Assembly (NCBI GenBank): GCA_009602735.1
Contig: WELA01003378.1
Location: 65,712-129,711, forward strand
Length of the DNA stretch: 64,000 nt
Direction: 5' to 3'
DNA from: Mesotaenium endlicherianum
Lineage: Eukaryota
In this document: positions 1 to 10,971 of the stretch, piece after piece
Layout: the number at the start of each line of letters is the position of its first letter
Numbering within the stretch: the first letter of the stretch is position 1
Made by a program: the position numbers and the translations under genes
Notes under the pieces: generated by a model
Told to the model about the DNA's origin: nothing
Databases searched by the model: none
Seen by the model: the letters and a program-made list of their open reading frames with translations, nothing else

Positions 1-2
1 AT

Positions 3-2423
3 TTGGATAAGTTTGTGCAAGTTTTCCTGGATGATATTTTAATTTTCTCTAAAGATGAAGCTCAGCACACTGAACACTTAAAGAAAGTGCTGGACACTCT
101 GCGGAAAAATCACTTGTATGCTAAAATGAGCAAGTGTGATTTCTTTAAGGAAAGTATTGAATTCTTAGGCCACGTTGTCAGTAAAGAGGGCATCAGTGTG
201 GATCCTAAGAAAGTCCAGACCATAAGGGACTGGCCAGTACCACAGTCTGTCTCTGAAGTTAGATCCTTCCTCGGGTTGGCTAACTACTATAGGAGATTTA
301 TTGAGAATTATTCCACAAAGGCCAGTAAACTGACTGACCTTACTAAGAAAGACATCGGGTATGTGTGGGGGGAAGAGCAGCAGGCTGCCTTCCAGACCCT
401 TAAAGATGCCCTTTGTTCTGCCCCAGTGCTAGCCGTGTATGACCCCAGCAAACCGGTGCAGGTGGTTACTGATGCCTCTGATTTTGCCATGGGTGCTATT
501 TTGTTGCAGCCTGCTGACAAAACCACAAAGGATGGTAAGGTACGGCAGGAGTGGCATCCTGTGTTGTATGAGTCTATGAAATTTAATCCAGCGGAGATTA
601 ATTACTCAGTGCATGATAAAGAGCTGCTAGCTATCATTCATGTACTCAAACAGTGGAGAGCATACTTACATGGTAAAGCTTTTAAGGTGATTACAGATCA
701 TCTAGCTCTGACCCACTTTCAGAAGAAGTCCAAGCTGTCGAGGAGGGAGAACCGCTGGAGCCAGATGCTGGAGCAGTTCCAAGTCCAGATCGACTACAAA
801 CCAGGGAAGTTGAATCCTGCTGATGCACTCTCTAGAAGACCTGACTTGCAAGAAAGGAACTTTAGTCAGCATGCTGTAGATAAAGTCCTGTGTGCACTCA
901 CTTCACTAAAGGTGAAAAAGTCCTTCCTTGAACAACTTAGGAAAGCCTACCTTTCTGACCCAACATTTGAGCCCAGCCCCACTACTGGTATGTGTCGTGC
1001 TACCGCACTCGGGTATAAGCTCAAGGGAGGGGTCTGGGTGACTGAAACCACTTCAGGCAGGCTGAAGCTGGTCATTCCTAATAATTTGGAAATAAGGTCT
1101 CTCTTACTGAGTCAAGCTCATGACAGTCTCCTGGGTGGACATTTGGGGCAGGCCAAAACTGTTGGCAAACTGGCAAAACATTATCATTGGGAGGGGTTAC
1201 CCCGGGAGGTCTTGAAATATGTCAAGTCCTGTGACCAGTGTCAGAGAAATAAGTCTCGGCACACACCACCCGGAGGTCTCTTGCAACCGCTACCCATCCC
1301 AGCGGGACGCTGGGAAACTATATCCATGGACTGGGTGGTCTCACTACCAAGAACTGCCAACGGGCATGATTCAATACTGGTAGTCGTGGATAAACTGACA
1401 AAAATGGTCATTTTTATCCCCACAACTGTCAAAGTGACTGCACTCGAAACAGCGAGACAGTTTTACAACCATGTAGTATGCCAACATGGGCTCCCTTCTA
1501 ATATCATCTCAGACAGAGACTCAAAATTCACCTCTAAGTTCTGGAGAGCTTTAATGGGGTTAATGGGAGTCAAACAGCTGCTCAGCACAGCAAACCACCC
1601 TCAGACTGATGGGCAGACTGAAAGAACTAACCGAGTTCTGCAGGAGGTGCTGAGAGCATATATTAACCAAAAACAAGATAATTGGGATGACCTGTTGCCT
1701 CAAATTCAGTTTGCGGTCAACAGTGCGGTGCACGCGTCAACGGGCAAAACTCCTTTTGAACTCAGCCTGGGTAGAGTCCCTAAGTCTCCTCTAGATGTGC
1801 TAGGGGAATCTTTAACTCACCCTGAAGGGATTGACAACCCGGTCTCCCTCCAGTTAACTCAGGAGTTTGCTGACACCCTGTCAGAAGTCCAACGAAACTT
1901 GCACACGGCCCAAGAAAACCAACAAAAATACGCTAATCAACACCGTCGGGAACTGACATTTTCCAAGGGGGATTTAGTCAAACTGCATTCTCAGCACCTG
2001 TACCTCCCTGGTGTGGTCAAGAAAAAGCTTGGCCCTGTCTGGGTCGGTCCATATTCGGTGGTCCGTCGTGTCGGTCAGAATGCTTACAAACTGAACATGT
2101 CAGCTGAATACAAGGGGCACCCGGTCTTTAATGTCTCCTTCCTGGAACCGTACATCAAAGGTGATACACTGTTCACAGGTCGGTTCCCTGTCCAACCGGG
2201 ACCGGTCCCCGCTGTCCGGGACGGCGACCCTGAGGAATATGAGGTCGATGAGATTTTAGACGCTCGCTCGGTCCGTCGATCGTCTAAATATGTCATGAAA
2301 TACCTCATTCGATGGAAGGGTTACGATGCCTCTGGGGACACTTGGGAGTTTAAGGACCACTTGACCAATGCCAAAGGGGCGTTGACACGGTTCCACCTTC
2401 GGGCCGCTGGAGTCCCTCCATAA
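3..2423 (+). CDS. pol: Pol polyprotein, partial (RT FLDD, RNase H, integrase HHCC and catalytic core, GPY, chromodomain)
   Basis: [57 protein letters not shown]. Confidence 0.97.
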   Translation: MDKFVQVFLDDILIFSKDEAQHTEHLKKVLDTLRKNHLYAKMSKCDFFKESIEFLGHVVSKEGISVDPKKVQTIRDWPVPQSVSEVRSFLGLANYYRRFIENYSTKASKLTDLTKKDIGYVWGEEQQAAFQTLKDALCSAPVLAVYDPSKPVQVVTDASDFAMGAILLQPADKTTKDGKVRQEWHPVLYESMKFNPAEINYSVHDKELLAIIHVLKQWRAYLHGKAFKVITDHLALTHFQKKSKLSRRENRWSQMLEQFQVQIDYKPGKLNPADALSRRPDLQERNFSQHAVDKVLCALTSLKVKKSFLEQLRKAYLSDPTFEPSPTTGMCRATALGYKLKGGVWVTETTSGRLKLVIPNNLEIRSLLLSQAHDSLLGGHLGQAKTVGKLAKHYHWEGLPREVLKYVKSCDQCQRNKSRHTPPGGLLQPLPIPAGRWETISMDWVVSLPRTANGHDSILVVVDKLTKMVIFIPTTVKVTALETARQFYNHVVCQHGLPSNIISDRDSKFTSKFWRALMGLMGVKQLLSTANHPQTDGQTERTNRVLQEVLRAYINQKQDNWDDLLPQIQFAVNSAVHASTGKTPFELSLGRVPKSPLDVLGESLTHPEGIDNPVSLQLTQEFADTLSEVQRNLHTAQENQQKYANQHRRELTFSKGDLVKLHSQHLYLPGVVKKKLGPVWVGPYSVVRRVGQNAYKLNMSAEYKGHPVFNVSFLEPYIKGDTLFTGRFPVQPGPVPAVRDGDPEEYEVDEILDARSVRRSSKYVMKYLIRWKGYDASGDTWEFKDHLTNAKGALTRFHLRAAGVPP

Positions 2424-2666
2424 CTGTCATTTCAGTTGACACGGGAAGGTGACAGGCGGTCCTGTCTCCATTTAAGTTGGAGGGGAAAATATATGACAGT
2501 TAGTGAGCGAGAGCGATAAAAACACACTCATACGTTTATGTGTAGCGCATCGCAACTACGTCAACTTTTAGCAATCATCCTGTAAGGTAAACAGCAGCGA
2601 AGCCACTATACTAAATACTAACATACTTCCTGCAATCCCTATGACAAAGGTCCATATCCTACTAAC

Positions 2667-4367
2667 TTGTGCCCTGGTTACATGTGCAGGATGGCGCCCA
2701 CCACACAAAAGGAGGACAGAAAGCGCAAGGCAGAAGAAGCCAGGAGGACAATGGAGCAATACCAGAAGGAGCTGGCGGCGACGTCCCTCACCAGGAGAGA
2801 ACAAGAAAGGGTCCGCAAACAACAAGAGGCGGCAGAAGAGGCACAGAGGAAGAAGGATCAGGAAGCGGAAAACCTCAGGAAGGCTGAGGAGGAGAGACAG
2901 AAGAAACAGCAAGAAGAAGCGGCAGCGGCAGAAGAGGAGAAAAGAAAAAAGATTGAAGCGGACAGACAGAAGAGCTTGGCCACTTACAGGTATACTGTGG
3001 TGGGTGGCCAAAACTTCGATAACCTGAAGGAAGCATTGCTGGCAGCCCAGGAGATCAACAGGCTGGAACAGACAACACTGCTACAGAAGGAAGGAGCTAC
3101 AGCACTGGACAGGTACATCGAGACACACACCGGCGTGGTCCTTTACGAAGATTATGCTAAGATGGTGGGCTATACAGCAGAGCAGGCCCGGTATCTCGCA
3201 GATGATTCAGAGGACAAGCCGGTCCCCATACCGGGAATAGTGGGAGATCAGAGACTCATCCGGATGGTGAGCATGCGGCCCGATAGCTTTAAGGATACGG
3301 TATTCTACCTCACACTCCTGCCAGCTTACAATGAAGTTGAGAGAAGGAGCTGGGAGTACTTGGCCAGGGAAGCAGGACAGCAGATGTTCTCTCCCCACTG
3401 GTTCCCGTGTAAACTGAGGAAGGCTGAGCACGGACCCCAGTACTACCAGCAGCCAACAGACTGGAGGTGGATGACCGTCACAAATAAGAAGCAGGAGTGT
3501 GACCGAGCCCAACCGGATGACTTCCACTATGGCCTAGACGGCTATCTCATCCTACCACCTCACATTGCCCCTTGGGACCCCAGGCTGAATGGATGCCTGA
3601 GCAATATGAATGCAGAGACCAAGGAACATAGGAGGAGGGGAAGAGAGTACTTCTCTAAGGGAAAGCATGCCTTTGTCAAATGGGCAAAGAATGCAGGCCG
3701 GATAGATATCAGTAGGCTGAAGGCCAAGCAACCTCCAGCGCGCCCTAAGAAAGGGAGGTCGGTAGACTACTCCATGTCTACTAGGGAGCAGGACGACTTA
3801 GTGGACGAGACCCCTACTCTCTCCGAGGAGGAGGATGAGGAGGATGAGGAAGAAGAACAAGGCAGAGGAGAAGCATCAGCAGCAGGTACTCAGGATACCC
3901 AGGGACAGGCAGTGGCACTTCCTAAAGAACCACGATCAGGTGTGTGGAATGTGATCCCCGTTATGGCGACAACTGGACCCCGCGCTCGCTCCCCCAGCCC
4001 ACCTGCCCAAGCAGGGGAAGAAGCTGATCTGACGGTACTGGGCAGCAGACACAGACAGAAATCCCCAGAGGACAGGGGTGCCAGAAGAGGGACACGCGGG
4101 TGGGCCAGAGGTATGCCAGCCTCCCCCTCCGCTCAGGGGCATGTACCTCTAGCCAATGTATTTCAGCATCCTACTGGAATGCCTGTCTATGTGGGAATCA
4201 ACACCCAAATAGTTGAAGAGCAGGCCACCATCCTCCGTTCTCCCCGAGGGCCAACTTTAGAGCAAACAGGGTTCTTTAGAAGGCCAGCTGACAGACCTAG
4301 AGGGCTGTCCAGATCTAGGTCCAGATCTCCGTCCCCTGATCCTGAAGCCCCAGGAACCACCCCTTAA
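2667..4367 (+). CDS. Additional sense ORF of family A, 566 aa, unknown function (charged coiled-coil N-terminus, aromatic-rich core, acidic tract, RS/SP-rich tail)
   Basis: Long open frame between pol stop and PPT; homologous frame in copy A2 (26052-27751, minus); true start may be the ATG at 2691. Confidence 0.8.
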   Translation: MCPGYMCRMAPTTQKEDRKRKAEEARRTMEQYQKELAATSLTRREQERVRKQQEAAEEAQRKKDQEAENLRKAEEERQKKQQEEAAAAEEEKRKKIEADRQKSLATYRYTVVGGQNFDNLKEALLAAQEINRLEQTTLLQKEGATALDRYIETHTGVVLYEDYAKMVGYTAEQARYLADDSEDKPVPIPGIVGDQRLIRMVSMRPDSFKDTVFYLTLLPAYNEVERRSWEYLAREAGQQMFSPHWFPCKLRKAEHGPQYYQQPTDWRWMTVTNKKQECDRAQPDDFHYGLDGYLILPPHIAPWDPRLNGCLSNMNAETKEHRRRGREYFSKGKHAFVKWAKNAGRIDISRLKAKQPPARPKKGRSVDYSMSTREQDDLVDETPTLSEEEDEEDEEEEQGRGEASAAGTQDTQGQAVALPKEPRSGVWNVIPVMATTGPRARSPSPPAQAGEEADLTVLGSRHRQKSPEDRGARRGTRGWARGMPASPSAQGHVPLANVFQHPTGMPVYVGINTQIVEEQATILRSPRGPTLEQTGFFRRPADRPRGLSRSRSRSPSPDPEAPGTTP

Positions 4368-4480
4368 GGTGACAGGCTGAAAAGATAGTCAGTAAGGGAG
4401 GCTGGTCAGGGTCAGTTTCTTTATTTAAAGCTTTTGCAGTTTAATGTTGTCGAGGCGACAACAAGTTAAGTTGGAGGGAT

Positions 4481-5225
4481 TGTAATGAATCAGTATATTA
4501 GTAGATATAATATTCATTTAAATATAATAGTTAATTTAGTTCAGCCTGCTGAACTTTAGTTAGTAGTCAGTCTGCTGAACTTTAGTTAATAATCAGTCTG
4601 CTGGACTTTACATAATTATCAGTTTAATGACTCGGCCAAAAGCAGCAGGCTGAAGTCAACTTAAGTCAGCTTGCTGACACATTCTTTGACAGCCAGCTGA
4701 CTTCCGTACTCGGTAGCAGCGAACTGCCTTGATATGCATCTAAGTGCGATATGCTAGATGAATGGCCAGATGACATCCCTATGATGGATGGCTATTCGGG
4801 ATGATGGGAGATGGCGGTGGATTTGGTTAACCGAGGTCCTACCAACGTGGTTAACTCCCGGGTAGGCGGTGCCATCGCACTGACCGTTGAACAGTAAACT
4901 CATTCCATGTACATACGCTAGGCATTGCTCTCGAGTTCGGCATTCGGAAACGAGGCCAACTCTCTTGTACAGCTTACTGAGAGAGATCTGAATCCAAGGC
5001 GAGAAGCCATTGATACGCACTGTCTTCTAACCTTGCTTATGTATGAGTTTACTGATTTGCATTATTGATGCTAGTTTACTCTCATTTGACTGACGAGTAG
5101 TATTCCCTGCTAGTGTATTGTCCTTTGCCGTTTAACGAGTTAACGGAAATACCATAAAGAGTACTTGCTGATATAAAGATCTTTATTAATTGTTAATCGC
5201 CTATTTGGTAAGTCGATTCATTTCA
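4481..5225 (+). repeat. Family A 3' LTR (745 bp)
   Basis: TGTAATGAAT...ATTCATTTCA termini; homologous to 25233-25940, 32381-33101, 34422-35175 and 39210-39930. Confidence 0.95.
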
Positions 5226-6074
5226 ACAAAGGTGGTGCCGTCTGCTCCACGCGCTCAACATGCTCGACATGTTCGCCTCCTCCAGTTGCCGACTGCGACT
5301 CCATAATATAATATGCAAACTAGCCCAGCTCCAATACTAGATGAAAGGGGCCGAGTGCCCTAGTGGAAGCGTAGTGACTTACGAGGAGAAGAACTAGTTG
5401 CAATTATACTATAGAGTGCAGCGGCATATCACTAAGAAAGCTTAGGAAAAATACTCAACATTTAGAGTAGCAAGAAACTGCTCACAAATGATGTAGGATG
5501 AAAGGCCTTGTCATTACAAACCCGTAGAAATTTACAGAAGTGAAAACTGTTAAGAAACAAAGAAGTTATGCCTATTTATAATTTTCTGCCTAAGTGCTCC
5601 TCTCTAGGAGGAAGCTACGGATGTTCCTAAGTGTTCGTCAAATCGTCCCTTCCAGAATATTCGTGAGTAAGCCAGATCAGTCTCATTTGACGTGTCGGGC
5701 CGAATTGACGTCCACATACATGCATCGACATTACTAGAATATTCTATCTTAGACGCGCTAGGCTAAACCGAAACTTCTAGGTAAATCGACCTAGTCGGCA
5801 CTCCGCGTCAGCCGAACTTACGTGAAGGTTCGAGTTCATTCTAACGGCCAGATCGCTCGACGCTGTCGGTCAATCCGACGGTCGCGCTCACCGCAAATTA
5901 AGGACAGTTGTCATCCGACCTCAAAACTAATCAAACCTCGGAAATCCATAACTCTCTCAATACTTGACCAAATTCGATGAACTTTAATCACAAAAATGCA
6001 TTCTACAATACTATACAATCAAAACATACTTTCATGAAACTCAAAAATGCACTTTATAAACCTATGACCTCACA
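5226..6074 (-). mobile_element. Family B copy B1: 5' LTR (5342-6074), degenerate PBS and gag start (ATG at 5304), interrupted by A1
   Basis: Reverse complement matches about 16085-16940 (LTR, PBS variant [28 protein letters not shown]). Confidence 0.93.
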
Positions 6075-8067
6075 CTTATGATGAGGTCACTTATACTTGA
6101 TTGATGTTAATTTAGTTGCATGTGACTGCTACGTACACTCGCATCTATTGTATTCTGCTTTTGCTGTTAAATGAGTGAACGATAATACACCATGAAGATT
6201 ACTTGTTCATATAAATATTTTCGTGAAATGGTTAATCGTCGATTATGGTTAATCGTCGATTGGTTATTTCATTCATTTTAGAAATAAGTGAGACCTGCTT
6301 TTAGAAGTACTTATCTATACAGGCAAACTATTGCTCAAGTTAGCATAGCTGGTTCACAGCAATTCGGGATTACAAAAATTCAAACCAATAACATTGCAAG
6401 GCAAACAAAATTTATAACGTCCAAAGAAACGCCTCCGTGACCATCTTTACTCCCCAAGATTAATAAAAGATCTTCGTGATCTTGAATGCTTTTAATTAGC
6501 GCTACTCTCAGCTTAGCTCAATACATGAGCATCTTACTTTAAGTAATGTGGAGCCTCATCACGTTCACATTACATTTTAGGGTGTTGGTAGGACACAAGC
6601 ACCTTCCTGAATGGTAGTGCGACAATTGAAAATTGTGGAGAAACAGAAAGCCACATCATTCGAGTGGACACAGCCTCTTCATCCCTAGTCTTCATTTAAC
6701 CTTCGTTACCTTATCATATGGAGCCTAGCAATCTGCCACCAATCTCTCAAGTGTGCTAAGAGCTAAACCCACTGTGGCAAGTACACCCTAAATATTCCAA
6801 CAACTTCTTGCCACTTTCTACTTTCACTTTTGTACTTAGGCGCAGCCTAGAACGACTTGCAGGTGTCGTAATCAAGTCGCCCAGCAGTTCTTACTCACAC
6901 GCGTGAGCGCGTGTCAATTAAGGCACGTTGTCGGCTTGCTTCGACGTGTGACCTGCTCACGCGGTCAGCAGCCATGAAAAGCGACTAGCCGTGACAGAGC
7001 TCGCGTATGAGGAGGAGTCGGTCACAGATGTTTTCTGATGTATGTTAAAAGACGATGAGTTGATCGGAACACATGTCGCGGCAAAGAATAGCCGTTGCTA
7101 TCCTAAGGCGCTGGACAAGATAGTGCCCCCTCTTCCGTCTAACGTGTGTATCTGGAATCGTCACACTATGTCATGCAGTAACAGAACGACCGGTCGTGTT
7201 TAACAAGAATTGAGCGGAGGGCGCCTGGGAACCTCCCTGGAGTTAGGAGCAGTTGGAAGCTGATGAGACAAGACACGTAACACGATACACCATCTGTTAC
7301 AGCTGTGCATCTGTTAAGTTTGTTGTGGGTGGTTAAGGGAGAATGATGGTAATTACTGTTTGTCGCAAAATATACATTTTCAAGCGGTAATAGCTAGCTG
7401 TCAGACTTTGAATCCGCGGATATTGAGCCGTATCAGAAGACCTTTAATGAAGTCGACAGTTGGCGAGAAAGAATCTAGAGCTAAGCAATACTGGACCACA
7501 ATTTGATTCGGTGCATTATGAACCGTACATGAGTATACGTACTCATCACTAGACATTGATTCTCGATGTGCAGAGTTGTGACGGGTGTTTCAGACTGATG
7601 CCAGGAGAGTATTGAGGACAGATTGTCCGCCAGCAGAGCACCGTACCTAATGAAAGCTCAGCCATTGGACGTTCTATGTGAACAGCGATTGGTGGATCTC
7701 ATGTAGCCGACTATTGCAGAACCAAACGATGCCTCCTTCGACAGACACGACCGGAACTGTTCCTTATATGGTGGTTGCAGGTGTTCACCATGAACCAAAT
7801 TGCACACTCCATTCGCCGTGTTTCTCTCACACTCCGTCGGGTAGATCGAGGACTAATAAGAAGTTACACCCTAGGTCATCTCAGTAAGTCCTGCTTGTGC
7901 TTCCGAATCGATCCTGATCACTTCCGTCCTGAAGTGTCTCATACTTTTGCAAGCCAACTACCTCATAAGAAGAAGGCGAGAACTTCAGTGACCTGCATTT
8001 CCCCTCCCATTTTGAAGTTTCTGTCAGGAAGGATTATAACCACAACAGGAGTTTCATAACAGTTAAT

Positions 8068-10281
8068 ATGGTGCATCACAGTCCTCCCGCGCTGAGACTT
8101 CCTTGCGAGTGTGTGTCAAATGAAGATGTGATCAATCACAAAGTCAAGGTACATAGCTGCCCTATACTAGCCGCTCATGGACACCAAATTTCAAACTGAT
8201 CATCTCAAAAGACCCGTTTGACAGGTCCTGAAAGAGCAGGAAGTCAGGAAAGCCATTCGTGCAACTGCGTACCCGCACTTATCAATGTTATCTCTTGATC
8301 ATTTGCAGGCGGTGCCTGATGGTAACCTGGGAACCCTCGAGTACAGGCTCAACTTTTTAAACGCTGAAGGTCGTACATTATCACCCTGGCATTCAATTCC
8401 CCTCTATGCTGGTGGCGATCTCCTCAACTTTGTCTGCGAAATACCAAGAAATACTAGTGCCAAGTTTGAGGTATGAACTCCCAAACCTTCCAATCTCGCT
8501 GGCCATTCTCAGATTTTTGAGATGACGTCGACTGCCAACGTCTATTTAGTACTACTTACCTCGGTTCCTACAAGTTCTGATTATGCTGCTGTGCATAATG
8601 ACAGGTTTCTACCTCAGAGCTTGGAAATCCTATCAAGCAAGACGCTAAGAAGGGAAAACCTCGTCATTATGCCGTGAACATTCCATGGAACTATGGCATG
8701 CTTCCCCAGGTAAACTCACACACTTCACAGAGTATGGCAATGGCACTACAGATTTCTGAACACTGCTTCTTGACCACAATGGTGAAACTTCAGCTTTTGA
8801 GGAACTTATAGCCCCATGAAGAATATGAAGTTCTCCGTAAGGCTGTGGCATGTTTATACTGAAAAGTGTGGATGTGGAAGTAGTTATGGAAGTGGGGTAA
8901 TAAGACGACTTACGCTGCGTTGACGACAGGTGTTTTAGTATTTGACTTAGTGTTTTCTTGTCACTGAACTTAGATTCGGGTGGAAGCAGAACAATGTGGA
9001 AAAAGTTGTGGGTTCAGGCTTGTTTCCAATGACGTGGTCAATACAAACGCTAGACACCAAAGTACCTGTCAGGATGGCATGTGTGCATGATGGAATGCTT
9101 ATGTCTGCTACAGCCAAGTTTCTTAAATTTTGTCCTTTTTCTTTTCAGACCTGGGAGGATCCTACTCATGCTAATGAGGATTGCGAAGGCTGCTTGGGCG
9201 ACAATGATCCTGTTGATATTGTTGAGATTGGTGATAACACTGGTGCTACTGGAGAAGTATATGCAGTCAAGCCTGTGGCAGGTATGCTATTTTCCATCCT
9301 GGTAACCTTGCAAATGTATGGTACCAGCCAGGAGAATATTGCAGATGATGGATCTTGGAATGTGCTTGATAGTAAGAACCTCTGGGGGTGATGCAACTGA
9401 TACTTCAGCTGGAACTTTAGTGTGTAGCAAGTGCTTACGAGACTTCAATTGTTACTCATCTTCATCTATGCCACCTACACTCGAATACAAATTGAATATG
9501 ATAATTCTCCTGGGTTTGCAGCCTTTGCAATGATCGACGAAGGAGAACTGGACTGGAAGGTGGTTGCCATCTCTTCGAATGATCCTCGCTGCCATTTGGT
9601 CAGTAATGAAGTTGACGTGGAGAAGCATTTCCCAGGAACACTGTCAGCCATCAGGTAAGATCTTCAGTTTGCAGAGACTTACAAACATGTTGGGGAAAAG
9701 AGGCTGACTCAAATTGTCTTAGTAATCTGAGCCTTGTGTGCTTCTTTTTGTGCTCCAAGATCGGTTGATTTCTCTACCCTTATCACCAAATAGTGTTGAC
9801 ATGGTTTCTTTTGCAACTTGTTCTGTTTTGCAGGGAGTGGTTCAGAATTTACAAAACTTTTGATGGAAAGCCAGAAAACAAGTTTGCGCTGCAGGAGAAA
9901 GCCATGGGAAGAGAATATACCTTACGTATGATAGCTGAGACACATACTTTCTGGAAGGCTATGGTACAGAGAGCCCGCACCAATGCCCCTGGAGTGAAAC
10001 TTATGGTTGGTGATGTGCCAATAACTGCACCCTGCCTGGTTTCTATCGACAGCGACACAGACGAGAGCAGCTTCTTAAACTCCCCTACAGGATCTGGAAC
10101 CACTGGCGATTTCACTTCTGCCTTGGCGGAAACCGTGAAGGGTGTTCTAGAGTCTGTTGATGCTTCTGCTCCTCACGGAATGAAGAGACATCCCTCTGAA
10201 GGCAATATGAAGCACAAAGACATTGACATCGAATGTGATCACGGCAGCAAGCGCTTGGAACTATCTGTAGCAGCTGCCTAA
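8068..10281 (+). CDS. Soluble inorganic pyrophosphatase, family I, multi-exon, with C-terminal extension
   Basis: Exons SPWHSIPL..EIPR..AKFEV, NPIKQD, WNYGMLPQ|TWEDP, GDNDPVDIVEIG, MIDEGELDWK, WFRIYK..DGKPEN; GT-AG introns; start ATG inferred. Confidence 0.92.
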
Positions 10282-10971
10282 CTTGATGTCTTCAATATGT
10301 AGATTTTTTCAGGCCAATAGGCAAGTGTACAAGTGACTGAAGTAGAAACCATGTTAGCTAAAAATCAGTTCCCTTGATGTACATAATAGGGCAAGGTAAT
10401 TCACAAATAGATGGCAACCATTCTTTCACAATAAGTGTTTTGGTATTTGACCAAGACATTTGTGACCCATTTTCCTGGCTATTGCCAGAGAGCAGTATAA
10501 TAGAACACATTACTCTCTTCCATATATAACTCGTCTAAGTCACTCTTCTTTTTTATTGTGTGCCCTAGATTGGATTCTTGCGAAATACCGATACACACAA
10601 ACTGAGAGGGTTTGAAATAAAGTGAGAGTGCATTTTCTTAATGCCTTGTGCACTCGCAGTGTCGCATATTGAGAAATGGCAGCCAAATATGTCCTCGACT
10701 GATCTTTCTTCAAAAATCAACTACCATCTAAGCAGCACTTCAAAGGTGACGAGTTAAAAGACACGATGAAAAGAGTACATAAGACAATCAGAAACATCAG
10801 TTTGAAGACGAAGATTGACAATGCTCATTTTTACTGTTCACATAAAGTAAAAGAGAACAAAACCAAGGTAACACATACTGATGGACCTTGCTAAACAGGA
10901 TACTACAGTCTGTCAGCTGTGTAATAACTTCTTTCCGACAGGATTTATGCACCAAAGAATTCATGTGATAC

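Larger units (their letters stand above)
1..5225 (+). mobile_element. Ty3/Gypsy chromovirus, family A copy A1 (5' part outside window): pol, extra ORF, PPT, 3' LTR
   Basis: RT/RNaseH/integrase/chromodomain ORF, PPT-like AAGTTGGAGGGAT at 4468-4480, then a TG...CA LTR repeated elsewhere in the window. Confidence 0.95.

Noticed and set aside
2667..4367. env-like gene
   Set aside because: No signal peptide or transmembrane segment is visible, and the protein is highly charged
4445..4463. Hairpin TGTTGTCG-AGG-CGACAACA before the PPT
   Set aside because: The A2 copy carries a non-compensated mismatch, so support for a functional structure is weak
4754..5020. Recurrent 60-90 aa ORFs (MRINGFSPW.., MAPPTRE..) at several loci
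   Set aside because: They recur only because they lie in family A LTR copies, and they are variably truncated
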